A DNA stretch of 29,211 bases from Yuukianura sp. NJ FZ-2021 (GCA_046563655.1 JAJCTO010000010.1:1240001-1269211), one strand, 5' to 3'. Positions 1 to 13,035 are shown, counted from the first letter of the stretch. Notes: a model not told the origin generated them from the letters alone. A program made the numbers and translations.

Positions 1-3000
1 TATAACGTTTAGAATCAAACGCATGCAGTGCGGCTTTAGTTGTTTCGATATTATAAATCTTGTGTTTGTAGGAGCGCATTGAGTTTGTTGTACATGATAA
101 AATTTGCTGTTTTAATAAAACCTGCTCCAACATTGCAAACGATATTGACCTTTTCTGAATTCTCTGTGGTATTCCTTTCATGGCACATTTCTTAAAAGAA
201 GCTGCATCGTAGTCTTCACCTACGAAACAGTAGGACTTCGGAGCAAGTCCAACAAACTTTGTAAGTATCCGGCCTTTAACCTCGTCTTTCATTTTCCCTG
301 TGACTCCAGCGTTTACTGTTGAATAATGCGGATGGGATGTGGGCAAGTTGCTTGTATCAAACAGCTCCAAGTCTGCTTCAATGTCTTTGTATATGTCGGA
401 GGTACGAATCACGTATGCAAGGCTGTCAGTGTCGGTCATCAGTAGTTTTGCATTTGAACCCCATTTTGACTTAACATAGTCATAATGGAAACGGGCCATA
501 TGTAGTTTGCTTAACTCCAGAACGGAGAACCCGGTGTAAATAGCTTTGTTAAGAGTTACGCAGGACTTCTGCATTCTGAAGCATGCTAAGTTTTTGCCCA
601 AGATGTCGTGAGACAAAAATTGAGATTTTGATATGAGTCTGGCAGCGGTTTTACGGTCGTTCACGACTCTGACGTTCATTCGTTTCCTCACAGATTCCAT
701 GCCCTTCCCAAACACTGCATTTACGCATAGCTTGTAGAACATCTTCTGAAACTCATTTGTTGCATTTCGTCTTTGCGAGCTGTTGAACTCAACGTATGTT
801 TTAAGCCAAGGTTCTTGTCGGAATGCCAATATTCTATGAATTTTTTCAACCACCAATCCCCGTTCCACATAGAATTTAAGATTGGCAGCGTGACATATGT
901 AATTTTTGCGTGGCTTGAAATGAGATACAAGCTTTTGTTGATGCTCCATGTAATTAATTGGTAGGCATCTGAGCAACTTCTTTTGAAAATTACTGAAATC
1001 TGCACAAGGTACCGTGGTCTTCTCACAAGCAAGAGGATAACATTGATGTGAATCGTGAAGTTCTTCTATAAATTTCAAACGTTTTACTGAGATAATCATA
1101 AACCAGATTAAATGATAAATTTCTGAGTTTTCACAAATGCCGTACCAGGATAGAGTAAATCCACTTCTAAAATGTAGCCAATGTCATCGTCAGGTTCAAT
1201 GTCATCAATCTTGAACTTCTCAACTAGTTCTAAAGGAAGTCAGACGATTAATGTATAATTTTAATTGAAATTTTGATTGTGTTACCATTACCTTTATTTA
1301 AAAAGAGAAAGTCTCCAACCGGAAGTCTGCTTTCCATGGCTTTTCCGTAAAGATTTACCATGTCCCAAAACACAATGAACAGTTGAGCTGGGTCGTCAGG
1401 CCAACCGCTGTAGTTGCTCATATATTTATTGCGAGCTTTTGCATAGCGATGTGAAATTTGGGAAATTCCTCCTAAAACATATGAGTATTATATTAGAATT
1501 AGGTTATATACATATAAAGAAAATGTTGCGTCAATTACTAATTATCGTAGCAATTATTTGGCTAATACCTCTCATTCCCGTTTCCAGAAATATATACATG
1601 TCAATGTCAGTTATGAGTTCCAGCTTTACGTTTGACATTTTCAGAGCTGCATCCCAAGCGAGTCCAGGTAATGAGTAGTAGTGAGCCGGGTCGAGCTTAA
1701 AATTCTTCATCGCCATGACACGAAACTCTTCAAATACGCAGGCAAGTAATAAGGCGTCACTTAGTAGGTAGAGATCATGATACTCTCCTAAAGATTTAAG
1801 TCCAAATGTTTTCCAAACATGAAGAGCATATTCATAGTCTTCCTCTGTAATGTGGCTCTTGGTAAGCGTGTTATAGAACTTTGACTTGGCAGGCAGCTGT
1901 GGCTCGTCAAATCGCTGCCATGAATCGAGGTAGTCGTATGGGTACACACCTTTTCTTTGAAGCAGTCCAAATTTGCTTCCAAACACCTGTCTCAAAATAT
2001 GAAATCCCGCTTCACCGTTCTTTTTCAAATTGCTCACAAGTTCATTTAAGGAAGAGTTCATAAACTGGAGACTATCGATGAATCGTAATGATTCTACCGT
2101 TACTGCCATATACTTCTCCATATTAGTTGGGATAACCGAGATTTTTTTCCTTCGCACGTCATTCAATCCCTTGATAATTAAGTGATGATCATATCCACGT
2201 AGATTGTGCATCTAAAAATATAATAAGTGTTTTTAGAATTATGAACAAGTATTTTGTGAAGAATGGAGATTAATTAATCATGTCTAGTACCACAACAGGT
2301 AAAATCGGTTTCTGTTGAAATTGTAGATTACAACTCTGATGCGCGGCACCACGATAAGATCCTAATAAGAAGAAATAATGAATTTCTGTTGTGTCAGGTT
2401 CATGTTTTTCAAAATGAAATTCTAGTACCTGTTAAATGACAGTGATCCCTGCATTTGATGTCATTGTTGCCGTCAAACACTTTATTACAAATGTGGCAGG
2501 TTTTACTGCTTTGAAACATTTCTTCTTCGCCATCCTCCATTTTAAGTGGGACTTTCAGATTGTATATTTCCATTACATTACTTGCTATTTGTAAGCAATC
2601 TTCAAGAAATATTTTAATGCAATGCTTCCCTCTGTATACACGGTACGTAACCAACTCTCCGGTGGACTTCATTAATACGTAGGCAAATCCGGATGGAATG
2701 TGACGTTTTTTCTTTTTCGACAGCAAACGATTTGAGGGAGTCCGAATTGGTTTTAAAATGGACTCCAAATCAGCATAGAGTACATAACCAGCCTTCATTT
2801 GATACGAAAAATTTTCAAAACACATCACTGGGGGACTACCGCCGTCATTTTCGGGCATTTTGATCCTTTGGAATCCAAACTTCTCGCAATCAACACGATG
2901 CTGGTTTAGTATGCACATTCTTTGGCAATTTTGCGTTTTGCAACTTTTTGGACATTGCTTAATTCTGTGTAAACAATTGTAACACAAGTGACGTCTTCTG

Positions 3001-4127
3001 CAGTTTTTTTTCCCTAACAATTTGCTAAGGTTCCTAATCCCAACAAAGTGTGAAGCATTAGATTTTTTGTCTCTCAGAAGCACTAAATTTGCAGTTTGTG
3101 AGCTGGAGTAATTTTTTTGTGAAATCCGTACTGGCAAGACGCCATCGAAACTATTGTGCTCAAAAACATTCACTGCAACATCATTGTTGTCTTCAAATTT
3201 GCAAATCTGATTTAATGAAACTGGGTACTCAACGCATCCAAAGTCATGAAGGTGTTCGAATTGCTGATAAACTGCAGCACGGCATGTCTCTTTAGAAGGA
3301 CGATACAGTGAACTGAGAATAGCCCATTTGAAACAGAAATTACCCCTGGTCTTAATATTCACCGTGGCTTTTTTGGACTCCAAGTCTTTCGGAAGCTTCT
3401 TCCAGCTACCTCCAGTGAATGGTTTAAATTTTCCAACTCGGATGTCTGCACCAGAAATATTTGATAACTGCCATCCAGAGCCGTAGACTTCGAAAATATT
3501 TATGGATTGTTCAATTTTTGAAACGCAAAGTTTCATGAAGCGCTGTAAACTTTCTTTTGGGTTCAACACATTCAACATATTTGAGTTGACCATTTTTTCC
3601 TGATATTCAAAAATCTCGCTTCCATCTTTTGAATTGCACAAATATCGTTTAAACTTCACTTTCACCGATAGCTGACATTTTAAAGCTTTCAAATCCTTCA
3701 AGCATAACCCTAGTATGTTCTGAATTTGAGTTCCAAACTTAAAAATGTACAGATTGAGATTGGAAACTGGTTTCCGTAGACGATGCCGATACGTCCGTAC
3801 GTATCCTCTAAATGCCTGGATTTGCTTAAAGGGAAGTACACTTCTGCCAGAAACTGCCCCACCAACCTGAAGACGTCGACTTAGGATCTTGGCAATTTGA
3901 GAGTGCACAACTTGAGGATGCGCAATCGCAGAATGGTTTTCCAGTAGCAAATGCGAATCAAATCTTTTCCTACACAGTGTACACTTGTAAGTTGGAAGTT
4001 CACGCACACTGCGGTTTCTAGCGCACTTGCGTCGGCAGTTTGAAACGTGTCGGAGATATTCACGCTTACAAAGCTTCCGCTTACCACAGACACCACACCT
4101 TGTCGACTTTGGATGAATGTCTTCCAT
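1..4127 (-). CDS. Protein-primed family B DNA polymerase (Polinton/Maverick/adintovirus-like) with N-terminal Zn fingers and an endonuclease VII-like insert; 6 exons, 3' end runs off the window
   Basis: Manual splicing gives one continuous frame: exons 4127-2429, 2361-2291, 2211-1569, 1471-1292, 1229-1146, 1065-<1, all with GT..AG introns of 62-97 bp. Motifs: C2H2 CTLCRKRFDSHLLLENHSAIAH; GSGW; ExoI YADLES; CHIC..DHCHLTG|SYRGAAHQSCN; ExoII HNLRGYD; ExoIII YLLSDALLL; RGG; PolA WDMVNLYG; PolB KLCVNAVFGK; PolC MTDTDS; GKMKDE. Confidence 0.9.
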
Positions 4128-4600
4128 TTAAAAAAAATCAACTTCGAAGTTAACTAATTAAAAGGCTTACTTATTCCTCCTTTGGAGTTAAATATGAAAT
4201 ATAAGTTGATATTATTCAAGGCAGATGGCGCTGAGTGTCACTCTACTTTACTTTTCTATAAATTAATTTACTTCAGAACTAATTTCCTTAAACTTTTTAG
4301 TAAATACAATAACGATAACGATAGCACACTAATATGGCACAAAATAAGGCACTCACAAGGCACAAGGGACTGCTTCAGTACGAAAAAAACTTTCAGTAAA
4401 AAGGGCCCTTGACATCCCTTAGAAACTTAAATTAGTGCCCTTGAATATCACTTTACTTGAAACTGCTCTTCTGATTTGATTTCATGAAACTCAAACCTTA
4501 CATTTTTCGCTGACTCAGGTAAAACAAAGTCTAACTTCAAGCAAGATTTTGTAACTTCACAAGACCCTGCATTCCCAGCATTATTATAATCATTATTACA

Positions 4601-5746
4601 ATGATTATACGTAAGTACAACCCTTTGTTTAAGATTATTAACAATGCACTTATTGACCTCCCTGCTCCAATTAATATTTCATATTGATGAAATTTTGGCT
4701 CTTTAACTGGGGTATGCCTAGGTATTCAATTAATTACTGGGTTATTTCTTGCTATACACTATTCTAATGATATAGCTTCCTCATTTAATAGAGTGATTCA
4801 TATTATTAAAGATGTAAATAATGGATGAATTATTCAATCACTTCATGCCAATGGAGCCTCAATATTCTTTATCTGTATTTATCTACATATTGGGCGAGGA
4901 ATATACTATTCATCCTTTTTTTTGCATGAGACATGAAATGTAGGTGTAATTTTATTACTCTTAGTAATAGCTGCAGCTTTTATAGGATATGTCCTCCCAT
5001 GAGGACAAATATCATTCTGAGGAGCTACAGTAATTACAAACTTAGTTTCTGCTATCCCTTATTTAGGTGCATCTATTGTACAATGAATTTGAGGAGGGTT
5101 TGCTGTAGATTCAGCTACTTTAACTCGATTTTTTATACTTCATTTTCTTATTCCATTTATTATCACAGCTTTAGTAATAGTTCATTTATTGTTTCTTCAT
5201 CAGACCGGCTCAAATAACCCATTAGGTTTAAATTCTAACTTTAATAAAATTTCATTTCACCCATTTTATACTTTTAAGGATATGTTAGGAGTAACAATTT
5301 TATTATTTATTATTTTTTTAATTATTTTAATTATTCCGTTAGCTTTAACGGATACAGAAAATTTTATCCCTGCTAATCCTCTTCTTACCCCGACTCATAT
5401 TCAACCCGAATGATATTTTTTATTTGCTTATGCTATTCTTCGATCTATTCCCAATAAATTAGGAGGAGTTATTTGTCTTTTAATATCCATTGTTATTCTC
5501 TTAATTCTACCATTTTCTGAAACAATAATAATTCCTAGTCTTAAAAATATATTCTTTAACCAACTTTTATTTTGAAGATTTACTACGTTAGTTCTTATAT
5601 TAACTTGAATCGGTGCATGCCCAGTTGAAGACCCATTTATTATTCTAGGCCAAATATCTTCAATTATATATTTTAGTTATTTTCTTGTAAGACCACTTTT
5701 AAAAATAATTTTTGTTAATTCTATTGGGTACCCCTCTATTATTTAA
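4601..5746 (+). CDS. cob: Cytochrome b (mitochondrial code; NUMT copy)
   Basis: [78 protein letters not shown]; frame is kept to the TAA at 5744-5746 (381 codons). The start could be ATT at 4595. Confidence 0.95.
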
Positions 5747-5750
5747 ATTT

Positions 5751-5818
5751 AGTTGTTTAGCTTAATAAAAGCTTGTATCTTGAAAATACAACATAAAGTA
5801 TTAAATCTTTAATAGCTT
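5751..5818 (+). tRNA. trnS2: tRNA-Ser(UGA)
   Basis: Acceptor AGTTGTT/AATAGCT; anticodon arm TGTAT-CTTGAAA-ATACA; lies directly after cob. Confidence 0.9.
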
Positions 5819-5839
5819 CACTTTATAAATTTCATATTT

Positions 5840-8357
5840 TAAACCTATAGTGAATTTTAACACTTCACTTTTCCGCCTTAAGCTTTTTAGAAAGTCAAAA
5901 AAAACGTTTTTTCCCCCTACAAAAATTAAATTTTATACTTTTATTCTTAGATTACAAAGCCCCCTTTATAATCTAAGCTTAAAATACAAAACCTATAAGT
6001 GAATTTTAACACTTCACTTTTCCGCCTTAAGCTTTTTAGAAAGTCAAAAAAAACGTTTTTTCCCCTACAAAAATTAAATTTTATACTTTTATTCTTAAAT
6101 TACAAAGCCCCCTTTATAATCTAAGCTTAAAATACAAAACCTATAGTGAATTTTAACACTTCACTTTTCCGCCTTAAGCTTTTTAGAAAGTCAAAAAAAA
6201 CGTTTTTTCCCCCTACAAAAATTAAATTTTATACTTTTATTCTTAGATTACAAAGCCCCCTTTATAATCTAAGCTTAAAATATAAAACCTATAAGTGAAT
6301 TTTAACACTTCACTTTTCCGCCTTAAGCTTTTTAGAAAGTCAAAAAAAAACGTTTTTTCCCCCTACAAAAATTAAATTTTATACTTTTATTCTTAAATTA
6401 CAAAGCCCCCTTTATAATCTAAGGTTTAAAATATAAAACCTATAATGGATTTTAACGCTTCACTTTTCTGCCTTAAGCTTTTTAGAAAGTCAAAAAAAAA
6501 CGTTTTTTCCCCCCACAAAAATTAAATTTTATACTTTTATTCTTAGATTACAAAGCCCCCTTTATAATCTAAGGTTTAAAATACAAAATCTATAATGGAT
6601 TTTAACGCTTCACTTTTCTGCCTTAAGCTTTTTAGGAAGTCAAAAAAAAACGTTTTTTCCCCCCACAAAAATTAAATTTTATATTTTTATTCTTAAATTA
6701 CAAAGCCCCCTTTATAATCTAAGGTTTAAAATATAAAACCTATAATGGATTTTAACACTTCACTTTTCTGCCTTAAGCTTTTTAGGAAATCAAAAAAACG
6801 TTTTTTCCCCCTACAAAAATTAAATTTTATATTTTTATTCTTAAATTACAAAGCCCCCTTTATAATCTAAGCTTAAAATACAAAACCTATAGTGAATTTT
6901 AACACTTCACTTTTCCGCCTTAAGCTTTTTAGAAAGTCAAAAAAAAACGTTTTTTCCCCCTACAAAAATTAAATTTTATACTTTTATTCTTAGATTACAA
7001 AGCCCCCTTTATAATCTAAGCTTAAAATACAAAACCTATAATGGATTTTAACGCTTCACTTTTCTGCCTTAAGCTTTTTAGAAAGTCAAAAAAAAACGTT
7101 TTTTCCCCCCACAAAAATTAAATTTTATATTTTTATTCTTAAATTACAAAGCCCCCTTTATAATCTAAGGCTTAAAATACAAAACCTATAAGTGAATTTT
7201 AACACTTCACTTTTCCGCCTTAAGCTTTTTAGAAAGTCAAAAAAAAACGTTTTTTCCCCCTACAAAAATTAAATTTTATACTTTTATTCTTAAATTACAA
7301 AGCCCCCTTTATAATCTAAGCTTAAAATACAAAACCTATAAGTGAATTTTAACACTTCACTTTTCCGCCTTAAGCTTTTTAGAAAGTCAAAAAAAAACGT
7401 TTTTTCCCCCCACAAAAATTAAATTTTATATTTTTATTCTTAAATTACAAAGCCCCCTTTATAATCTAAGGTTTAAAATATAAAACCTATAATGGATTTT
7501 AACGCTTCACTTTTCTGCCTTAAGCTTTTTAGAAAGTCAAAAAAAAACGTTTTTTCCCCCCACAAAAATTAAATTTTATATTTTTATTCTTAAATTACAA
7601 AGCCCCCTTTATAATCTAAGCTTAAAAAAAAAAACGTTTTTTCCCCCTACAAAAATTAAATTTTATACTTTTATTCTTAAATTACAAAGCCCCCTTTATA
7701 ATCTAAGCTTAAAATACAAAACCCATAGTGAATTTTAACACTTCACTTTTCCTGCCTTAAGCTTTTTAGGAAGTCAAAAAAAACGTTTTTTCCCCCCACA
7801 AAAATTAAATTTTATATTTTTATTCTTAAATTACAAAGCCCCCTTTATAATCTAAGGTTTAAAATATAAAACCTATAATGGATTTTAACGCTTCACTTTT
7901 CCGCCTTAAGCTTTTTAGAAAGTCAAAAAAAAACGTTTTTTCCCCCTACAAAAATTAAATTTTATACTTTTATTCTTAGATTACAAAGCCCCCTTTATAA
8001 TCTAAGCTTAAAATACAAAACCTATAGTGAATTTTAACACTTCACTTTTCCGCCTTAAGCTTTTTAGAAAGTCAAAAAAAACGTTTTTTCCCCCTACAAA
8101 AATTAAATTTTATATTTTTATTCTTAAATTACAAAGCCCCTTTATAATCTAAGCTTAAAATACAAAACCTATAAGTGAATTTTAACACTTCACTTTTCCG
8201 CCTTAAGCTTTTTAGAGAGTCAAAAAAAACGTTTTTTCCCCCTACAAAAATTAAATTTTATACTTTTATTCTTAAATTACAAAGCCCCCTTTATAATCTA
8301 AGCTTAAAATACAAAACCCATAGTGAATTTTAACACTTCACTTTTCTGCTTTAAGCT
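5840..8357. repeat. Tandem array of ~17 units of ~148-150 bp in the trnS2-nad1 spacer
   Basis: Unit AAACCTATAGTGAATTTTAACACTTCACTTTTCCGCCTTAAGCTTTTTAGAAAGTCAAAAAAAACGTTTTTTCCCCCTACAAAAATTAAATTTTATACTTTTATTCTTAGATTACAAAGCCCCCTTTATAATCTAAGCTTAAAATAC; one unit near 7625 is truncated. Confidence 0.95.
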
Positions 8358-8362
8358 CATCT

Positions 8363-9309
8363 TTACCCACTTACTATCACTTTTACACCATATATTAGTA
8401 AAAAATAACATAAAGATAAGGGTAAATAACTCTTTCATGCTACTTCTATCAGCTTATCATATCGTAATCGAGGCATTGTCCCACGTACCCACACAAACAT
8501 AAAACAGACTCCTACACCCAATAAATTAAATACTATTACATTTCTTATAGCTCCTATAAATACTAAAACAATTAAATAACTCATAAAAATAATTCTTGCG
8601 TATTCCGCTAAAAAAATTAATGCGAACCCTCCTCTTCCATACTCAATATTAAACCCAGAAACTAATTCTGATTCTCCTTCAGCAAAATCAAATGGAGTAC
8701 GATTAGTTTCTGCTATTCTTAGTCTAATTCAAATCATTAATAAAGGTAATATAGTCAACCCTCTTAATATCCCAAATTGGTTTTTAGTATAGTTAAAAAA
8801 ATCTAATCCTCCTAATATGCATACTATTGCTAAAAAGAATAATATAAAGGATACTTCATATGAAATAGTTTGTGCTACTCCCCGTATCGCTCCTAACATT
8901 GCATAACTAGAATTTGAAGATCATCCTCTTCCTAAAAGACCATATACTCTAAAACTTCTACAACAAAAAAATAATACTCTTCCCAACTCTAATCTAATAT
9001 AATTTCTTCCTGTAGGTATAGTTGCTCATATTGTTAAAATGATAAAAAATGTTAAAGCTGGAGCTCAATAGTATATATAGAGGCTTCTTAATCTTACTAA
9101 AAATTGTTCTTTTCTAAATAATTTAATTGCATCGCTAAAAGGCTGTAAGATCCCTATAACCCCTACTTTATTAGGACCTTTACGAATCTGAATATATCCT
9201 AAAAGTTTACGCTCTAATAACACAATAAATGCTACACAAATTAATACCCCAACTACTATAATTAAGTATGAAATTACCAAAAAACATAAGAAATTAAATT
9301 AATTTCTAT
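8363..9309 (-). CDS. nad1: NADH dehydrogenase subunit 1 (copy 1)
   Basis: [65 protein letters not shown] at 8365-8363. A probable 1 bp homopolymer deletion lies near the start (~9283). Confidence 0.93.
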
Positions 9310-9315
9310 TAACTT

Positions 9316-9380
9316 ATTAATTACAATAAATTATTATATTCTAAGAACCTAAATCTTATGCACTATTCTGCCAAATTAAT
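9316..9380 (-). tRNA. trnL1: tRNA-Leu(UAG)
   Basis: Minus strand ATTAATTTGGCAGAATAGTGCATAAGATTTAGGTTCTTA..., anticodon TAG, between nad1 and 16S. Confidence 0.88.
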
Positions 9381-10591
9381 TTGTGGCTATAAATAACATT
9401 TAAGTTTACTAATCCTTTCGTACTAAGTAACTTTCTTATAACTTAAAGATAGAAACCAACCTGGCTCACGCCGGTTTGAACTCAAATCATGTAAAAATTT
9501 AATGGTTGAACAAACCACCTTAATAAAGTACTGCCCCTATTAGGATTTTTAATTCAACATCGAGGTCATAAGCTAATTTATCGATTAGAACTCTCCAAAT
9601 TAATTATGCTGTTATCCCTAAGGTAACTTTTTCTTTTTAAAATAAAAGATTAAATAAAATTTTTCTTTTTTTTAAAAAATTTTAAGAGATTTTTGTTACT
9701 CTTATGTTACCCCAACAAAATTTTCTTAGCTTAATATTTATTCATCTATTTTAAATATAAAGCTACAAAAATAAAGATCTATAGGGTCTTATCGTCTATT
9801 AAGAATATTTAAGTATTTTCACTTAAATTCTAACTTCAATTTTTAATATTAATAAAATACACCTCAGTTAAATCATTCATACCATTTCCTAATTAAGAAA
9901 CTAATGATTATGCTACCTTAGCACGGTCAGAATACCGCAGCCCTTTATATATACAGTGGGCAGATTTTACTTTTAATTTAATCCTAAAAGAAATGTTTTT
10001 GTTAAACATTCTAAAGTATATTTGTCGAATTCATAAAAATTACCAATTATTTTACGTTTACCAATTATAAATTTATGTACTAATTTAAACAGTGTAATGT
10101 TTAATATTTTATTTTTTTGTTACTTTATGTATTTCTATAATAAACTTTAAACTAAATTTTTAAATTGCATAAAGAAAGTATAACCTTTTTCTAGCTTCTT
10201 TCAAGCCTTTCTATTTTTATTTATTTTATTAGTTTTCTTTTTATTTAATTTATAAGATTACCCTATAAATTTTATTATTAACTTAAACATTTATTTTTAA
10301 TTACAAAATTTCAACTTAATAAATTAATTATTTAAATACCTAAACCAGATATCTTCAAGACCGTAAATATTTCATTTCCAAATTATATTTTCTTTATATA
10401 TTTCTACATATACATTTAATTAATTTAAATTTCTTAAGTTCGGGATTTTTATATTTTATTAATATTAATTTAACCCTTATACAAAAGGTACTAATTCCTT
10501 AATCTAATAATTCCTTCACAGTTTCTTATACTAAATTTATTCTTTAATTACTTAAACTCTATAAAATGTTATTTTTATTTTATTACATGCT
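9381..10591 (-). rRNA. rrnL: Mitochondrial 16S rRNA (copy 1)
   Basis: Conserved CCGGTTTGAACTCAAATCATGT, CAACATCGAGGTC, CTGTTATCCCTAAGGTAAC, ATTATGCTACCTT; boundaries taken from the flanking tRNAs. Confidence 0.93.
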
Positions 10592-10659
10592 TTAAGATAC
10601 TATGATTCAAACATAGATCATTTTAATGTAACTAAAATTCTTTTTCAAGATCCATCTTA
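10592..10659 (-). tRNA. trnV: tRNA-Val(UAC)
   Basis: Minus-strand acceptor TAAGATG/TATCTTA; TAC in the anticodon loop; between 16S and 12S. Confidence 0.8.
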
Positions 10660-11399
10660 TTTTTCTTGCAAGATCCACTTTCCAGTAGGTCTACTTTGTT
10701 ACGACTTATCTCGTATTAAACGAGAGTGACGGGCGATGTGTGCATATTTTAGTATAATATCCAAACCAAATAATATTTAAGATTTTACAAACAAATCCAA
10801 TTTCTTTTTATTCATCACTAAATTCAATTCATAATTTTAAATTATTGTAATACATTTAAACAATTTTATTCACTACACCTTGATTTATCTTCATTAAATT
10901 TATTTAAAAGAAAATATCTTTAATATTTTATCTTTAGACAATGATATATAAGTATTTTAAATTGTAAAGTCTATCGTGGGTTATCAATTATTTAACATAT
11001 TCCTCTGAGCTATAAAAATACCGCCAAATTCTTTAAGTTTCAATTATTACTACCCAGGTAATAATATTTTTCATTATAACTGGGTATCTAATCCAGGTTT
11101 TAATTTATGATCTCATAAAATTCTTTAAAGTACTTGAGTAACTTACCAATTTCACCTGCATGAGCTACCTTAAGTCCTATATATTGTTTATCTTTATTTT
11201 AACCTACATTATTTATATAGTTATATGTATAACCGCAAATGCTGGCACATATTCTTTCAACCTATGTTTAATTTCTATATCTATTAAAATTGTATAATTT
11301 TATTTACTGAAATTTATTCTTAAATTATATACATGTATTAAAATCATTCTATAAATTCTTAAGTTAGAATTAAACTTTTTTATGTATACTATTAACTAT
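10660..11399 (-). rRNA. rrnS: Mitochondrial 12S rRNA (copy 1)
   Basis: CTACTTTGTTACGACTTATCTC, GAGAGTGACGGGCGATGTGT, GGGTATCTAATCC, AACCGCAAATGCTGGCAC; the 5' end is approximate. Confidence 0.9.
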
Positions 11400-11751
11400 T
11401 ATTTAACTCTTTTTTTTTATTTTACAAAAGAGTTAAATAATAAATTAAAAGTTTACTTATATTATGTTCACATGTTTATAAATATTATAGATGCGCTTCT
11501 ATTATATTTAAAGTACAATGATTTTATAATATATATTAAATAAATGTATAGGGGTTTTTTGTTTTTATTTTTATTATTTAATTATATGTATTTATATATA
11601 TATATATATTAATTATTATAAAATGAATTTGTATTTTGCTAAATCATTTATATTTATTATATATGCATATTTTTTGTATACATATATTTGATTTTTATAC
11701 AATATTTATTTTTCTTAAATAAGTTCTTTTAGTTTTCATTGAAAATAACAA
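11400..11751. promoter_or_regulatory. Mitochondrial A+T-rich control region (copy 1) with a stem-loop at 11400-11439 and a (TA)n run
   Basis: Non-coding AT-rich stretch between 12S and trnI; 14 bp stem TATTTAACTCTTTT/AAAAGAGTTAAATA. Confidence 0.8.
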
Positions 11752-11820
11752 AATAATGTGCCTGAAATCTAAGGAATATTCTGATGGAGTATAATATATA
11801 GCTTAAAACTATCATTATTA
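11752..11820 (+). tRNA. trnI: tRNA-Ile(GAU)
   Basis: Acceptor AATAATG/CATTATT; arm ATATT-CTGATGG-AGTAT. Confidence 0.88.
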
Positions 11821-11846
11821 TTTTATTGCAAATGTTTACTTTTAAA

Positions 11847-11914
11847 TTATAACTAATAAATAATATTATTCCTTTCAACCTCAAAATCTAATGTGCCTTA
11901 TACACTAAGTTATA
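11847..11914 (-). tRNA. trnQ: tRNA-Gln(UUG)
   Basis: Acceptor TATAACT/AGTTATA, TTG anticodon on minus, I-Q-M position; the anticodon stem is weak. Confidence 0.78.
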
Positions 11915-11919
11915 ATTTT

Positions 11920-11987
11920 AAAAAGGTAAGCTAAAAAAGCTAGTGGGTTCATACCCCGCCTATGGATTATCTGAAGTCTTCTTTTTA
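11920..11987 (+). tRNA. trnM: tRNA-Met(CAU)
   Basis: AAAAAGGTAAGCTAAAAAAGCTAGTGGGTTCATACCCCGC...TCTTTTT. Confidence 0.9.
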
Positions 11988-12992
11988 ATTTTCTTTAAAT
12001 CAAAAATTTTAATTTTTCTTCCTACATTAATTTTTGGGTCAATCTTAACTATGTCTTCTTCATCGTGATTTTCTGCGTGAATTGGTTTAGAAATTAATTT
12101 AATAAGAATAGCCCCCATTCTATTAAATAAATCTACTCCTAAATCCACTGAAGCTACTATTAAATATTTCATTTTTCAAGCTTTAGCCTCTTCCATGCTT
12201 ATTTTTTTTATTCTTTCATCATCTGTTATATTTTTTTATTCTCTAGGAAATTACCTTCTATATATTATTACAGCTTCGTTAACTCTCAAAATTGGAATAG
12301 CCCCCTTTCATTTTTGATTTCCTCAAGTAATAATATGCAGTAATTGACCCCAATGTTTTATTCTTTTAACCTGGCAAAAACTTGCCCCATTTATTCTTTT
12401 ATCTTTTTGTTTTTGTAATTTTTTTAATTTAATTATTTTTCTATCAGCCTTAATTGGTATACTTGGAGGGATTAATCAATTCAATACCAAAATCCTTTTA
12501 GCTTATTCCTCAATTATTCATTCTTCTTGGAATATTAAGTTTAATTGTCACAAATAACTTATTTTGGGATTTTATTTATTAGCCTACACTTTAATTACTT
12601 TATCTATTTTATACCCATTATCATCTTTTAATTCTTCTTTTTTCAATAATTTTTTTTTGATGAAATTTTCATCATTTTCTAAATCTTTATTTTTTATTAA
12701 TTTCCTTTCAATTGCAGGTCTGCCTCCATTCTTAGGATTTTCGATCAAAATTTTTACCCTTATTTCCCTATTTAATTCTAACTTTAGAATTTTCCTCATT
12801 CTTGTTCTTTTATTGAGATCATTTGTTTCATTTTATTTTTATTTACGTATAATGTTTTCGTCACTTTTTAATTTTTCTTGAATTAATAATTTTATTTGGT
12901 ATAACAGAAATAGCTTTAAGTTAGAAATTTGGTTCATTTTTATTTCCTTTTTTATTAATTCGTTTATCCCTCTCGTTATTATTTTAATTTAA
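11988..12992 (+). pseudogene. nad2: NADH dehydrogenase subunit 2 (copy 1), with compensating +1/-1 indels at ~12530 and ~12570
   Basis: SWFSAWIGLEINL..EATIKYFIFQA..LKIGMAPFHFWFP..LTWQKLAP..LSIAGLPPFLGF. Confidence 0.9.
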
Positions 12993-13035
12993 ACATTTAT
13001 TTAATTATTTATTTTATTGCATAAATAATTAAATA

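Noticed and set aside
4221..4233. GCAGATGGCGCTG, a CTCF-like motif upstream of pPolB
   Set aside because: A single short match; function cannot be supported from sequence alone.
721..4412. Small ORFs overlapping or next to pPolB (721-1032, 773-964, 1439-1678, 1788-1982, 1881-2063, 3089-3295, 3881-4141, 4182-4412)
   Set aside because: Alternative-frame, antisense or intergenic ORFs with no recognisable motifs.
5840..8357. Regular array resembling CRISPR
   Set aside because: The units are wholly repeated with no unique spacers, there are no cas genes, and the context is mitochondrial/eukaryotic.
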